Assembly: GCA_002189035.1 (NCBI GenBank)
Contig: CM007989.1
Span: 4,960,001 to 5,024,000, forward strand
Length of the DNA: 64,000 nucleotides
DNA from: Utricularia gibba
Taxonomy: Eukaryota > Plantae > Magnoliophyta
Reading direction: 5' to 3'
In this document: positions 25,951 to 38,371 of the stretch, piece by piece
Position numbering within the stretch: position 1 is the stretch's first letter
How the letters are laid out: every line of letters starts with the position of its first letter
Position numbers and translations under genes: made by a program
Notes under the pieces: generated by a model
Told to the model about the DNA's origin: nothing
Database searches by the model: none
Seen by the model: the letters and a program-made list of their open reading frames with translations, nothing else

Positions 25951-26497
25951 TGAATTCAAGTAATAATTCAAATGGATGGTTAAATCACACTAATGGAAAG
26001 ATTAACCCTAGTTAAGAGCTGGACAATAAATGGTAAAAGAGGAAAACATAAATCAACTTAATCACTTTCATGTAAATATTTTAATCTACACTTACTAACA
26101 ACATTTATTACCATTGCAATCAACGATAACCTACAAATACCATCAAATGCATTGAAAAATTAAAAATTTTAAAACATTCACATTTCACTCTATACATGGT
26201 TGAAACAATATGCTTATAATAGTGATGAAATTATTTTATGGTGGAAGATTTTACAAGATACATTAAGCTATCTTTTATACAATATAGATCGTATTCGAGT
26301 TATTAAGTTTGGTCATCAAATTATATTTTAAAAGTTACTTAAATGTACAGATGAACAACTTGATATAAGTGTATATAATATTTGAATAATTGTAAAATTC
26401 TATGATAAACTATCAAATTAGATGAAATGTTTGCATATTTAAGATTCTAATACTTGAAGTGTCAATTTGATTAGATAGAAGAGAATATGTGGGTTTA

Positions 26498-27885
26498 TGA
26501 TGACACACATTTTCTCTGAATTTTATAATATAAAATGATTATATTTTATTGTGGTTTAGGTTAGGTAAATATAGTTTTTCATGTTTATGTGGTGTTTGTA
26601 TTAATTTTATGTGATTATGTTGAAAAGTGGACTAAATCTTTTGATTTAATCCACCATCTTTGTGCTAATGATTGACTGAGTTCAACAAGGAGATTAGTAG
26701 AAAATTAGACTCAAAAATGTGTGGGACAAGTATGAAAGGGTACAACAGCCTAAGAGAGACAAAGAGCACTGTTCTGCCGCCACCTGCAGTCTGCAAGTTC
26801 AGGCCAGGAACAGTGCTGGGGGTCAGGAACAGTGTAATAGAGTGAAGGAAGGGAGATATTTTTCGAAAAGGGGAGAGAGCGGGAAGAACACACAACAGCG
26901 AGACAATCACAGAACGCACGCAAGGGGGCTTCTTCCCCAACGCGAAAAACACCAACGAGAAGAGGGGAAGAAGGCCTTCATCGTCAAGAGTAGCACCAGA
27001 GCCCAGTCCAGCGCTACTGTTCCAGGTTGTGAACAGTAGCAACCGAGCGACATAACAATTTCTATTTGCTTTCCGTTTTCTGAATGTTTTCAAGTTTCTA
27101 TATCTGACTTGTTCACAATGTTCCTGTTATTTTTTCCAACTTATCTGAATGAAATCGTGTTTTATTTTCCAAGTATGAGTAGTTAAAGCTTTAGGGATGC
27201 CTTAAGGTGAAGTGAGGTGATGTGTGCTTAGGGTTAATAATGAAATTTATGTTTGTTCCTTAGCTTTTGTTTCTATCAATCCATAGGTAGACCTAAAGAG
27301 GCGAACAAGTAGTTTCACAACTTAGATGCTTGATTTAGAGGTAAACCAATAAATCAAGACGAGAGAAGTAGGTGTTAGTCCGGGGTAGAATCAGTAGAAC
27401 CGGGTAGACCTAGTTTTATATGCTTTGCATGCAGGTAGACCTAATTGCAATGTTGGTTATGATATTGAGGACTAGCTTAGCCGAAAATATGATGAATGAC
27501 CTAGGTAGACTTAGGTTATTTGAAATTGTGAATGTAGGAACATGGTAAATTAAATTAGACACTTTAGCATCACACTACCTGTAGATCTTTAAGACATCTT
27601 TGTATTATTCTAAGTTAGAACCAGTACTCATTACTTTTAGCATTGAGACTTGATATTGTTTACTGACTTGTTTACCACTATTGGTCTGAGCTTAGACTAA
27701 GACCATTGTTTTTCCGAATTATGCATTTACTAAAACATTTAGCAAACACAAGCTCTTCGTGATCAACCCGACATCCACTATACAAGTTTTCTAAATTTGT
27801 ATTTTTTGTAGATTAGGGATTATAAATGTATTTGATACGAAAGTTTGCTTTTATTGCAATGATATGCTAAAATTTTCGTTTATCA
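26498..27885 (+). mobile_element. Solo LTR (Athila-like), 1388 bp
   Basis: TGAT...ATCA termini with 5-bp TSD GTTTA (26493-26497 and 27886-27890). Internally similar to the copy starting at 43329 (ctactgttcc...gaacagta; taggtagacctaa; cacaacttagat). Confidence 0.85.
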
Positions 27886-28049
27886 GTTTACTTTTATTTG
27901 AGATAAAAAAAATTATTTGTCAAGTGATATAAAAAAACCAACTAAATGTGTGATCAAACTCGAGCTTGAGCTCAAAATTTTTTAGAATGCTCGGCTCGAC
28001 TTGACTCATTTGCCGTCCTGACCTATATCATATGATGAGACACAAATAA

Positions 28050-29350
28050 CTATACCACTGTAGATGATTATGTTGAAGATAATGATTTTGAAATTCTAAA
28101 TACAATGAATGCAAATCTTGAAAAAAGTAAACTAGTCGATGAATCAATACCCTAGTTAATGGGTAACTCAAGCATTGATACATTTGATCATCCTTCGTAG
28201 GCCTTCGATATTAACACACTACATGATGATTTTATTCTTGATATGGTTGAAACAAAGGTAACATTGAGCAGATTTTATTGGTATTTCATTTGAGTTGAAT
28301 TCTTATATTGAGAGTTAGGAAAGATGATACACTTTCAAAATAGATAGAGTTTGATTGATATTGTTATTTTATACCATGTATGAGTAGTAAGGAAAACGTT
28401 CTATGTTAATCACAATAATTATGCAAAATATTCCCTATATTGAAAATAGTGAGAACTTTTAGGATGTTCATTTTGTTGCATGTGAGTTCACAAAAGCATA
28501 TTAGATTATGAAAGATCACAACTTTTAGGAACCACACTTGCAATGTTACACATGCTTTGGCAAGCTTTCATGTTAATATCTCTGTTAAGTTAATTACACC
28601 ATGTTTGAAAGCCCAAGTTACAAGCATGTATAATGCATTGATGTGAAAAGGTTTGTTAAAGAAAAGTGGGATTATGGTATTACATATTAATATTCATGAG
28701 CATATATTATGTATACTTATGAGTTGCAATATGATTCATGGAAACCTTCAATACTAGAACTTCCTTATTATTTGATGAAGATGTGATGTACAAATCCTTA
28801 TATTATAATTAGATGGCAGTATAATATATGTTCAAACAGAAAACAATTTCTAAAAAAATGTGTTTTGGACATTTAGATTTACATTAAAACTTTTCAACAT
28901 TATCATCCTACATTATGAATTAATGTAATCTATCTATATGGTTGGTATGAATACAAGCTATTTGTCTATGTTACTAATTACTATTGATATAAATAATTGT
29001 GTTTATCTCATTGTGTATGCCTATATTTCAGAAGAATCTAACAATAATTAGGCTTGATTTCTTGAATAATTGAATGAGAATGTCAATTGCACATGTGAGG
29101 ACGTATGCTTTATTAGTGATTAAGGATTATGACTTATCGATATAACATGTATCCAATAAATCATCAATAATGTGTTTTCCATATTCGAAAGAATATAGTA
29201 AATCCATAGATTTGTAAAATGATGTATCATTTGGACTATATATTAGAAAATTAATTAATGATCTTGAATCTTGATGATATATCAAATCAATCATTTGGCA
29301 TAATATTGCAATCTATTTCAATCCAACTATTTGGCATTGTATTCATTTAA
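28050..29350 (+). mobile_element. Possible highly decayed Mutator-like transposase remnant
   Basis: Only weak motifs, e.g. SWK...ELPYYL near 28735-28770, in otherwise stop-rich sequence. Confidence 0.3.
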
Positions 29351-29571
29351 AATAGCAACTTTTGCTTAACAATTTTCAATAAAAAAATATGTAACTTATG
29401 ATATGAGATAATCTCTAAAATATTATTCAACTTATAAAATTATATTCAAACAAACTAATTTACTTTAGTAACAAACAAATAAAATATTAAAATTACAATA
29501 AATAAAAAAGGCTTCACTTGCGTATAATGTATTTTTGATCAATATTTATCATTGACTCATTCTCATCGACT

Positions 29572-29643
29572 GGTTCCATGGTGTAGTGGTTAGCACTCTG
29601 GACTTTGAATCCAGCGACCTGGGTTCGACTCCCGGTGGGACCT
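29572..29643 (+). tRNA. tRNA-Gln (anticodon TTG)
   Basis: 72-nt cloverleaf: acceptor GGTTCCA/TGGGACC, D-arm GTGT/GCAC, anticodon arm CTGGA-CTTTGAA-TCCAG, T-arm CTGGG-TTCGACT-CCCGG. An oligo-T Pol III terminator follows immediately. Confidence 0.97.
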
Positions 29644-29688
29644 TTTTCTTTTGCATTATTTTTTCCTTTTCTTTATGGACAAGCACAG

Positions 29689-29900
29689 GAAGTCAACATC
29701 TTTTCCTCAATATCAATGCATGGTGACTTCATCTGATCATAAAAATACTTATACTGCTGGAGCTAAACCTGTGAATGATGGCTATAAATGGAGAAAATAC
29801 GGGCAGAAACAAGGCTAGTGAGTGTCCATGGGGTTAATGCAAATGTACACATCTTGATTATCCCATGAAAAGGAATGAAACACATGGGTCTTACAAGTGA
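29689..29900 (+). pseudogene. Group I WRKY N-terminal domain exon fragment (WRKY44/TTG2-like), disrupted
   Basis: Open frame from 29690: ...KPVNDGYKWRKYGQKQG* (WRKYGQK at 29789-29809), then frameshifted SECP..CKCTH...MKR.E.HG, compared with the consensus GSECPRSYYKCTHPxCPVKKKVERS. A polypyrimidine tract and cacag acceptor end at 29688. Confidence 0.85.
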
Positions 29901-32837
29901 AGCCCCATGTTATCTTTTGATGAAAAATAAGGATTATGATTATTAATTAGTCTAGAAGTTTTTCTATTTTAATTAGATGAACTTTGTCTTTCGTGCTTAA
30001 CTTCAAAATGTTGTTTTATTTCAATCATGTTGTGAAAGCCATAAAACCTTCCCCATCAAAGTTATGTTGTAGAAACCAAGTCATTTATTTTGGAGTAAAT
30101 TGATGCAGTTGTTTTGTTTCCACCTTCCCCTACATCGCTGTTCCTACAAAATTGATATCAAAGCAATGGTTTCATTCAATTACATGCGCATAACAACTTT
30201 CCAAAAACATGCATTTTCTGGGCTAAATTTGGGTTTAGGCACCTACCACCTATTTCTTTTTATAGATTTGCTCTACATTTTCTTATACTCTTAAAGTCAT
30301 CAAAAACATCATCATAACTCTATTTTTCTGCAATTTCACTTTCGACATAAACTAATAAACTATCTATTGTAAAATCATCTTCCAATTTACTACGTCTTAA
30401 TTGAGCCTCTAATTCAAAAATCTCTTTAGTAAAATCTTCTAGATAATATTTTTGTACCACTTGAAATATTTCAACTAGATGAAATGATTTAAAACAATTT
30501 TTGGGAATCAATGTAGTCATAAGCGCTAATAGATCCCATAATCAATTTTGCCATCATGATAAATTGTGTAAAAAGATGCATCAGTAGTAATGTGATCAAG
30601 AACAGAGACCACTGCATTAAGCATATCTATAAGACTGGAAATAGAACTTAAATGAGAACTCCATCTCATATCACCTGGGCATTGTAATGAGCCAACTTGA
30701 TTTGCATCTTGGCCTATCTCAAAATTATCCATTGCTAACTTTTAAGCCAATTCTTCTAATTGATATTGTCTCAATTATCCATGTCGTTTTGCTGATGATT
30801 CTACCACATTTATAATGAAATTGAAATTCTGAAAAAATGTATAAACCGAGAACATCTCCTTTGAAGCTCCAACTAAAGCAAGTTGTAATCGATGGGCATA
30901 ACAATTCAAATAATATGCATAAGAACAATTATTAAGAAAAAGTGTTTGCAAACCATTTAACACACCTTTTATATTGCTACTGTCATCATATTCTTGACCT
31001 CAAAGATTATAAATATCCAACGAATAATTAGATAGAATAGGGCACAACTTATTCTTAAAAGTCAAAGCCTCATCATATATGAGATCAAAAAATTGCTCCT
31101 GCAAATATCCTTCTTTGTCAACAAATCGAATTACCAATGCCATTTGCTCTCACTTTAAAACATCACATGTTTCATCTATAATAATAAAAACTTTGAATCT
31201 CCAATCTCTTCACGAATGTGTTTTCGAATAATGCTTGCATATATGCTCAAAATTTGCTTCTGAATGTCAAGTGATATATATTGTATGGAGCTTTATCTAA
31301 TATCAGGATTAAACTCTGTCAAAAGTTTAATCATCTCAATAAAATTACCTCAATTTGTTGATGTAGTGTCTCATCATGACCACAAAATGCACATCCTTTA
31401 AATGCAAGCCACCGAATTGTTGCCATTGAAACTTTTAACTGTAAACGATTATCTCAATTTCTTTCTTATTATGGTCTCTAATAAATTGTCAATGTGACTA
31501 GATTTTTTCAATAAAAATTAACAAGCATCTAAAGCCTTATTGTGCTCAGATAATGGATCACAACCTACATGAGTTAAAAAAGTACAATTCTTGCCATCAC
31601 TCACCTTTTTCCAATTGAAGAAACCGGATACTATAAAAACATGAGCTTCTCCTCATTTTTGTACATTCTTGTTGAATAGGAAGCAAGGAAAGCAATAAGC
31701 ACGTCCATTATTTTCTGAATATTCTTGTTTAAGACAACAACTAAATTAAGACTCTTGAAAGCGACATTGTTGCCCTGACTTGCCAAAAGATATGTACTTT
31801 TTCAATTTTGGCTGCATAGGTCCTAACTTCAAATAGGCTATGCGTATTTCATCTTGTTGATTATTTGAATATTTCCAAACCTGTGGACGTAGTCCAGGAT
31901 CTCTTTCCAAAGATTTGATTCCCTGTAAATATTGGTTCCACTCTCTTGTCTTCTTCTTTTTCATATATTTCAAATTCAGTTGAAGAATGAGAAATAATAT
32001 GAGTAGCACTTGAGGATGAATCTATAATAAAATCTTCTTCAATCTCATCTTCGCTTCTTTTTCATTTGAAAAAAAAAATCAAGAGTATTTCTCTTTTCCA
32101 TGACCTAACATTAACAAAAAAGAAAATTTGATATAAATTTAACAATCAAACACAATTTATACGTAAAAAAAACTATAATTAAAATGTGAAAAAATGAATG
32201 TTATTAATCAGAAAATAAAGAATGTTATGATAATAGGCAATGAATTTGGAAATCAAACTATGTACAATGTCATACTTATAATTATGGGCTTGAAAATTGG
32301 AAAAAAAAAACAATTTGACATAATTGGACTATGAACCCACATACACAATACTTAAATTTTTTACTATAAAATGATGATTATTGCTGCAACAAGATACTTG
32401 AATTCTTGTGATCATGACTCCTGTAAAATTCAAATGAAGTCAATGATGATATTTGTCTTATATCCAAAGTATTTATAAGTTGAGCTGATTTTATTTATAA
32501 ATTGGGCTGAAGTCTGTCTTATTCATTTTTATAGATCTATTCTCGTGAGGCTTGCATAGAAAAATTATCATTGAGTAATCCAATGGGTCAATATCTTTTT
32601 TGGTCTTATAGGCCTATTTTTGTGAGGTCCGCATGGAACAATTAGCATTAAGTCATCCAATGGATTAATACCTTTTTTTATTAACTCATACTTATTAATG
32701 TAAAATTAAGGAGGTACTAAAATTTAATTATTATAATTCTAAATCTTATTAACTTTCAACTTATTCATTTTTTTTATATATATAAAGGGGGGGGGGGGGC
32801 TACAGCCCATGCTTACAACAATGAAGATCCTGCCCTG
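29900..32837 (-). mobile_element. Decayed hAT transposon (ZMYM1/DUF4371-type transposase)
   Basis: Transposase pieces on the minus strand from ~32101 to ~30258: LERDPGLRPQVWKY...EIRIAYLKLGP, YAYYLNCYAHRLQLALV, DMRWSSH, KLEDDFTIDSLLVYVESEIAEK. TIR-like CAGGGCAGGATC at 32837 next to the gggctgtagccccc subterminal motif. The other TIR and a TSD were not found. Confidence 0.85.
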
Positions 32838-34371
32838 CTTCTCACTAAAGCATTGGGAAGCTCTCCTTTCGGTAGCCTGATGGGCAAGCTTGATGTTTGC
32901 AACTTACACTCACTCACTTGAGTGGAAGCATTGACAATAATCAATGGAAACGGATGATTTGGATATCATATATTGAAGGATTGACACAATCTTTATGCAT
33001 TACCATGATAAGAAAGGTATTGAAATAGATTGATTTGTAACCTTTTAAAAGGTGAATGTTCTTGATTGAATGAGACATACTTTTATGATCAATAATTCTT
33101 GTTCATTTTATTCTTGATAGTTTAAACTTCATGAATCCTATATGTATTAGACTTACCAATGATATAGTGTAGGCTTTGATGTATATTAGAAGATGATTTT
33201 GGAGCAATATTGATGGTAAGTTAAAAAGTATTCATTTTATTTATTATGTTTTCAATTTTTTAAATGATTATATAGATATTTTTTATATCAAGTACAAATT
33301 TGATAAAAGAAGGATAACAATCTATTCTCGATGATTTTGATATCGAAGATAATGAAAATGAACTGAAACGTTATTTATTACATATTTTTATTGAACTATT
33401 TTGTATGATTCTTGAAAATGGTTAATTGTTCATATTTCTAATTATTTACCTATTGATTTCTTATTTATGCTTATCATCATCAACACTTTATAATGAACGC
33501 TTATTAATTGGTTGAAACTTGAAAGATTATCTTTTTATCGAAGAATGAAATGAAGCTGACTAACTTTCAAATAGAGATGTTTTATTTATTTAGATTTTAA
33601 ATATGATCTCATTCATTTAGATTTTAAAGATTATTTTCAATATTTTTTATTTTCAAATAATAAATTTGGTTTCTTTAAAATGGCAAGATTTCAAATAATA
33701 TATTTATATTATAAACTTTGAAAATTATATGCACTTTCATAAAATACATTATTTTTAAAATTTATTACACAATAAATTGATTAGAATTCGTAAAAAATAG
33801 TTACTAAAAGTTAGAATCCAGATTTCCATTATCTACAATCAGGCCATACAACTTTATATCTGTATAGAAATAATTTATTATCAATTTCAAATTTAAAGGT
33901 TTTTAAACAATTCAAGCTCCATTCCATTTGGGATTATACCCCATTCATGAACACCTCGTAGTGACAGCCTAATACGTTTAGTTGGTAGATTCTGCTTCTT
34001 CACTGATTTCATACCCAAGGAGCTTGACACGATGACAGCAGTTGCATGAATAGAGGTGCAAAATAATTGTCAACTTTGTCCACACTCTTGTATACCTAAT
34101 ATTACCTTGTGCGCACGCAGCTTGCCTCAAGCAGACAGAATGTTGATAATGTTGCAATGTTGCCATCGTACTATTTTATAGAGAAATATGCATAATTTCA
34201 TGTAAAATCCATGTTTCTATTGCTTCAAGAATCTTATATAAAAGACAAAGATCCTTCTACAACAGAAACAAAAGATCTCAGAAAATGTAGAGACAGTGTA
34301 AAGCTTTGATAAAAGTTACTATGGTGCTAAGACGATGAAACAAGGCAATGCTGGTTAGACTTCTTTGTACT

Positions 34372-37038
34372 TCAGCTTGAGAACAGGCTTAACTGCTTCT
34401 CCATGATCATCTGACCTACTTTGGTGTACAGCGCTTGTAGCTCTTCCAACGTGAGACTTGATAGAATCTACGTGAAGACAAGAACTAGACCAGTGAATTT
34501 GCATATGAGATGGAGTACTTGATGGTTTCTCGAATAGTGAGCTAATATACCTGGTCCATGATAGCCTCGGTCGACAAGGACTGTGGCACGATAAACGACT
34601 GGTGATAAATATAAGCGAAAACAGCCATCACCATCTGCAGATCAGTAGCAGTGTAGCGCTTGAGTGGATAAGCATTGCAGGCAACAGACGATGCAGGGAT
34701 GGTATTTACCTGGCAGTCCATTCTATCAGTCATTCCACCATGTCCAGGAATGCTATCACCAAAATCCTGTGCAAAAATTACATGTGCTATGTAGGATGTA
34801 GGAGCTAATAGTAAAAGGAAAAAATGGTGATGGTGTAAAAACCTTGATCTTGAAAGCTCTTTTAAATCCACTAGCAAAAAATCCTCCAAATGGTGCTATG
34901 ATTGAAGCAAAAAGACCAAGCCAGAGAGCATGCCACTGAACAGGCAAGATGAAGATTTCGCTCCCATGAAACTACAAAATATACTTCAGAATCAGATGTC
35001 AGAAAACATATCAACCGTAAGGAAAAATTTGAGACACTTGCCCACGTAGGGAACCACTCTGGGACTGTGAATGTTTCTGGCTTAAACAATGGGCCAGGAT
35101 CACAATTAAGCCAGGCAGTCGACAAATCCTATAAAGGATTGCATTCCCATCAAATCTTTATGAATAAATATAGAGAGCGCAAAAACTTGGATTAAGAATC
35201 CACTTACACTCCTTGGACAAGTTAGCCACTGAAACTGACCCAAGAAATTGGAAAGCTGTAGAGGAGAAGAAAAAAAGTGAGACAGCAAGGGTTTCCGAGA
35301 AGAAAAATGTGTGACAGAAAGGATGCTCACAGGATGATCACGTTATTAAGAATTTGACAGGTTCCAATGTATCACTCAAGAAATTAATCATACGAATCAA
35401 AGGATGAGCGAACACTTTGAGAACTTACAACATCCTTATCTATGAAATAGCCACATTGTTCCAAGCTCAATGAAGTTGAAAAATTGCTCACCACAAAGGC
35501 AGATATGATTGTAGTGCCAGATGCTCCAATAAAGCCTTCCCATGTTTTCTTTGGTGAGAGCTTGATCAAAGGGGTTTTTCCAAAGAAGAATCCAAAAACA
35601 TATGCCGCAATGTCATTGATGACTATAAGTGATGCAGGAAGAAGGAACCTGTATCATAAGCAAGTCCATATTTGACCATCATGATCAAAGTAGCCTAAGA
35701 AACACGAATACAACTATTCATAAGTACATTGGTAACCAATACCTTAAAGTCATACGAATCAGGATATTCATAAAGATATTCAAACTGAATGATGTTAACA
35801 AGGAACGGCTTCAGAATTAGCTATTCCAATAAACAATCCAAAACATACAAGAAGCAATGCTTACCAAAAAATTCCCTCAAAAATAATTGCCACAGTAAAA
35901 GATGACTGAGCAAAAACCACAATCAGTATCATGTGCGTCCATGCATATTGGCCAAACTGATACTTGTATCTCTTCTTCTTCAATGATAGAATAAACCAAA
36001 TAAAACCTGAATCCACAGTCACAGAATATTTATCCCTTTTCCCAACTTGGCAACAACCTCGCTAGATTACCAAAAGCTTGTTAACGGCCAAGTACATATT
36101 TCCTTGGCCATTTCAAAAACAGATAAAAAGGAAAAGGATAAACAGTTTTATTTTCCATACCTGTGATGTAAAGGAAATAGCAGGCAACCATGTGATACTT
36201 GCTGAAAATGCCAACAAGTTTGTACCAATGATTTTCTGTTGTTACAGTATTCACAAGCTGCTGGTTGAGAATACGCCCATACACAAAAAGCATTGCTGTG
36301 AAGAAAAAGTACCTGAGGAGAAAAACAAGCAAAGAAATAAGGCAACAAAACCAAATCAGAAAAATATTTGACTTTAGAACTTTTAGCCGAATACAAAAAA
36401 AAAACATCAAATATCAGGACATGAACAGCATATTAATATACGCATGCTATGACTGAGAATAAATTGACAAAAACGAGATAAATACTTTCAACCAGGCTAC
36501 AGAGGAGACTAAGTTGCTGACCAATTCAGCAGCCAAAATCCCGGAAGCCTGTTCTCTTCATGTACTTTCCTTCGTAATGTAAATAGTTCCTTAGCCATAA
36601 AAATTTGAACTACAATCACCATTGCCCAGATATAAAGGTGGCCCATGTATATGGTCAAGGCGAACCCTAGAATCATCCAAAATGTTGAATGTGCACGGAC
36701 TAACATCGACTTGTACTTTCCACTGTCATTAGCGAGCAAATGGCCGCCGCTTGTGTCTCCAACTTCAGTAGGCGCCTGAAGGTTAGAGAATTTTCTTTAG
36801 TTTACCCAAACAAGAGTATTTTTTTTTTTTTACTTTGCAATATTCAAATGACTTGTGATCCTCCAATTAAAAAAACAGTATAATTGCCCTTCATTTCAAT
36901 TTACAGTTCGCCACTAGACATGCTTTATAGAGCATCCATGTGAAAATAAACTGATTCAAAGAAGAAAAGAAAAAAACTGACCTCATTTGAGGCTCTACGC
37001 CTGCGTGGTCGAACAGAACCAACCTCCCTTTGCATCAT
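34372..37038 (-). CDS. CDS1: Phosphatidate cytidylyltransferase (CDP-diacylglycerol synthase, CDS1/2-like)
   Basis: Exons 37038-36982, 36775-36522, 36312-36161, 36006-35865, 35648-35492, 35255-35208, 35128-35042, 34971-34843, 34766-34710, 34634-34551 and 34467-34372, totalling 1263 nt (420 aa). Signature motifs [14 protein letters not shown] and [26 protein letters not shown]. Intron 7 uses a GC donor. Confidence 0.95.
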
Positions 37039-37675
37039 TTCTCTTGAATACTGGAGGAAAGGCTTCTCAATGTATTATGTCAACAACGAAGTATCTCAGA
37101 TACCACAACCAAGCATTGCAACTCACATTAAACTATCCTAACCAATTTCAGAAAAAAGAGCTAGAACCAGAAGTTGATCACAAAGTACAAAACCAAGAAT
37201 AGATGGCATATAATAGATGGCAAAGCAAGCACTCACATTTATACCCCTATCTTATCCTAAAATGCGTCATCTCCGGCGGTTCACCTTGCTTTTTCCAACC
37301 CTAGGATTTTCTTCCTATAAGAAATCACATTCAATGTCAAAACACATACGCGTAGAATTCAAAAATTGCATAAAATTGAAGCCGGCGCCATACAGCTACA
37401 ACAGAGAGGCAACCCGTGGACAAAAGAAAGAAACAGGAGTTGTATTCAGAATAGCGTGTTGGTAGCTTTAAAAGATTCCGAAGATAGATTTGGTGGAGGA
37501 GAGAATCCACTTTAGTGAAGGAATGGATGGGCTGTGAAACCAGCAGGAGGCAGGCACCAAAGGAAGAAGCCGTTGATACTATATTTCGTAATTCGTGTGT
37601 TCCCATTTATTCTCTCCCCCAGACCGTGAACCGTTAGACCGGCTTCCCACCGGTCGAACCGAGGTGACCATAAGT

Positions 37676-37710
37676 CACGTGGGCCGGCCCATCACAACAA
37701 ATGGGCTTCT
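37676..37710 (-). promoter_or_regulatory. G-box plus site II motifs upstream of the CDS gene
   Basis: CACGTG at 37676-37681, overlapping gggccggcccat and followed by aaatgggctt. Confidence 0.4.
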
Positions 37711-38371
37711 ATCTTTTTGGGGAGTCTCCGAATAGTAAGCTATTTCTTTTTTAAAAAAAATTATTAGTATGACTATTTTGTTATTCGATTAAGACATGAT
37801 ATTTGGTACCCCATCAATTCCCCTTGTCACACCAGTGTTGTCGTTTCTGAGCCGATTAGAAAAGCTGTCGGTCATGAGCTTTTGTGATACACACACACAC
37901 TAATTGATGGAGTTTGTTTGAAGAGGCAGGAGCCCTCCTACCAAAGGCTTATGTCATGTCACATATTTTAATATTATCATGATTTATTTTTTCACAGGGC
38001 ACACCACATTCAATTTCGTATGATTTATTTTATTATATTTTAAAATAATTTGAATTTAATCAAATCGTTATTATGAACGATTCACAATCCAAAAACTAAA
38101 AAAAAAAAACGTAATTCGATTGACCCATCCAATATCATATATGGATTAACTGTTTGGATCTTGGTAAATCATGCTTGTTATAGTTTTGATTTGGTCACAT
38201 TGAAGAGACAAAGAAGACAAGTTGCCCAAATAATTTGTGGGGGTTGTATAAAATTGATTTAAATTAATTATTTAATCAAAAGCCTATTCACATTAATCAG
38301 TAATCACCAAATACACGGTACCAAACCAATCCCAACCGTTTTATCAACTACTATGGCTGCAGTTTTACGAT

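Noticed and set aside
26665-27093. 142-aa and 106-aa ORFs
   Set aside because: They lie inside the solo LTR, are low-complexity and have no domains.
32832-32846. tgccctgcttctc, a 13-nt match to the miR164 target core
   Set aside because: It straddles the hAT TIR/flank junction, mismatches at the seed end and lies in no evident transcript. Probably chance.
37337-37606. 89-aa uORF in the CDS leader
   Set aside because: The leader appears multiply spliced (mini-exon 37314-37285, intron 37284-37051, and another acceptor at 37315). The ORF is probably partly intronic and has no recognisable conservation.
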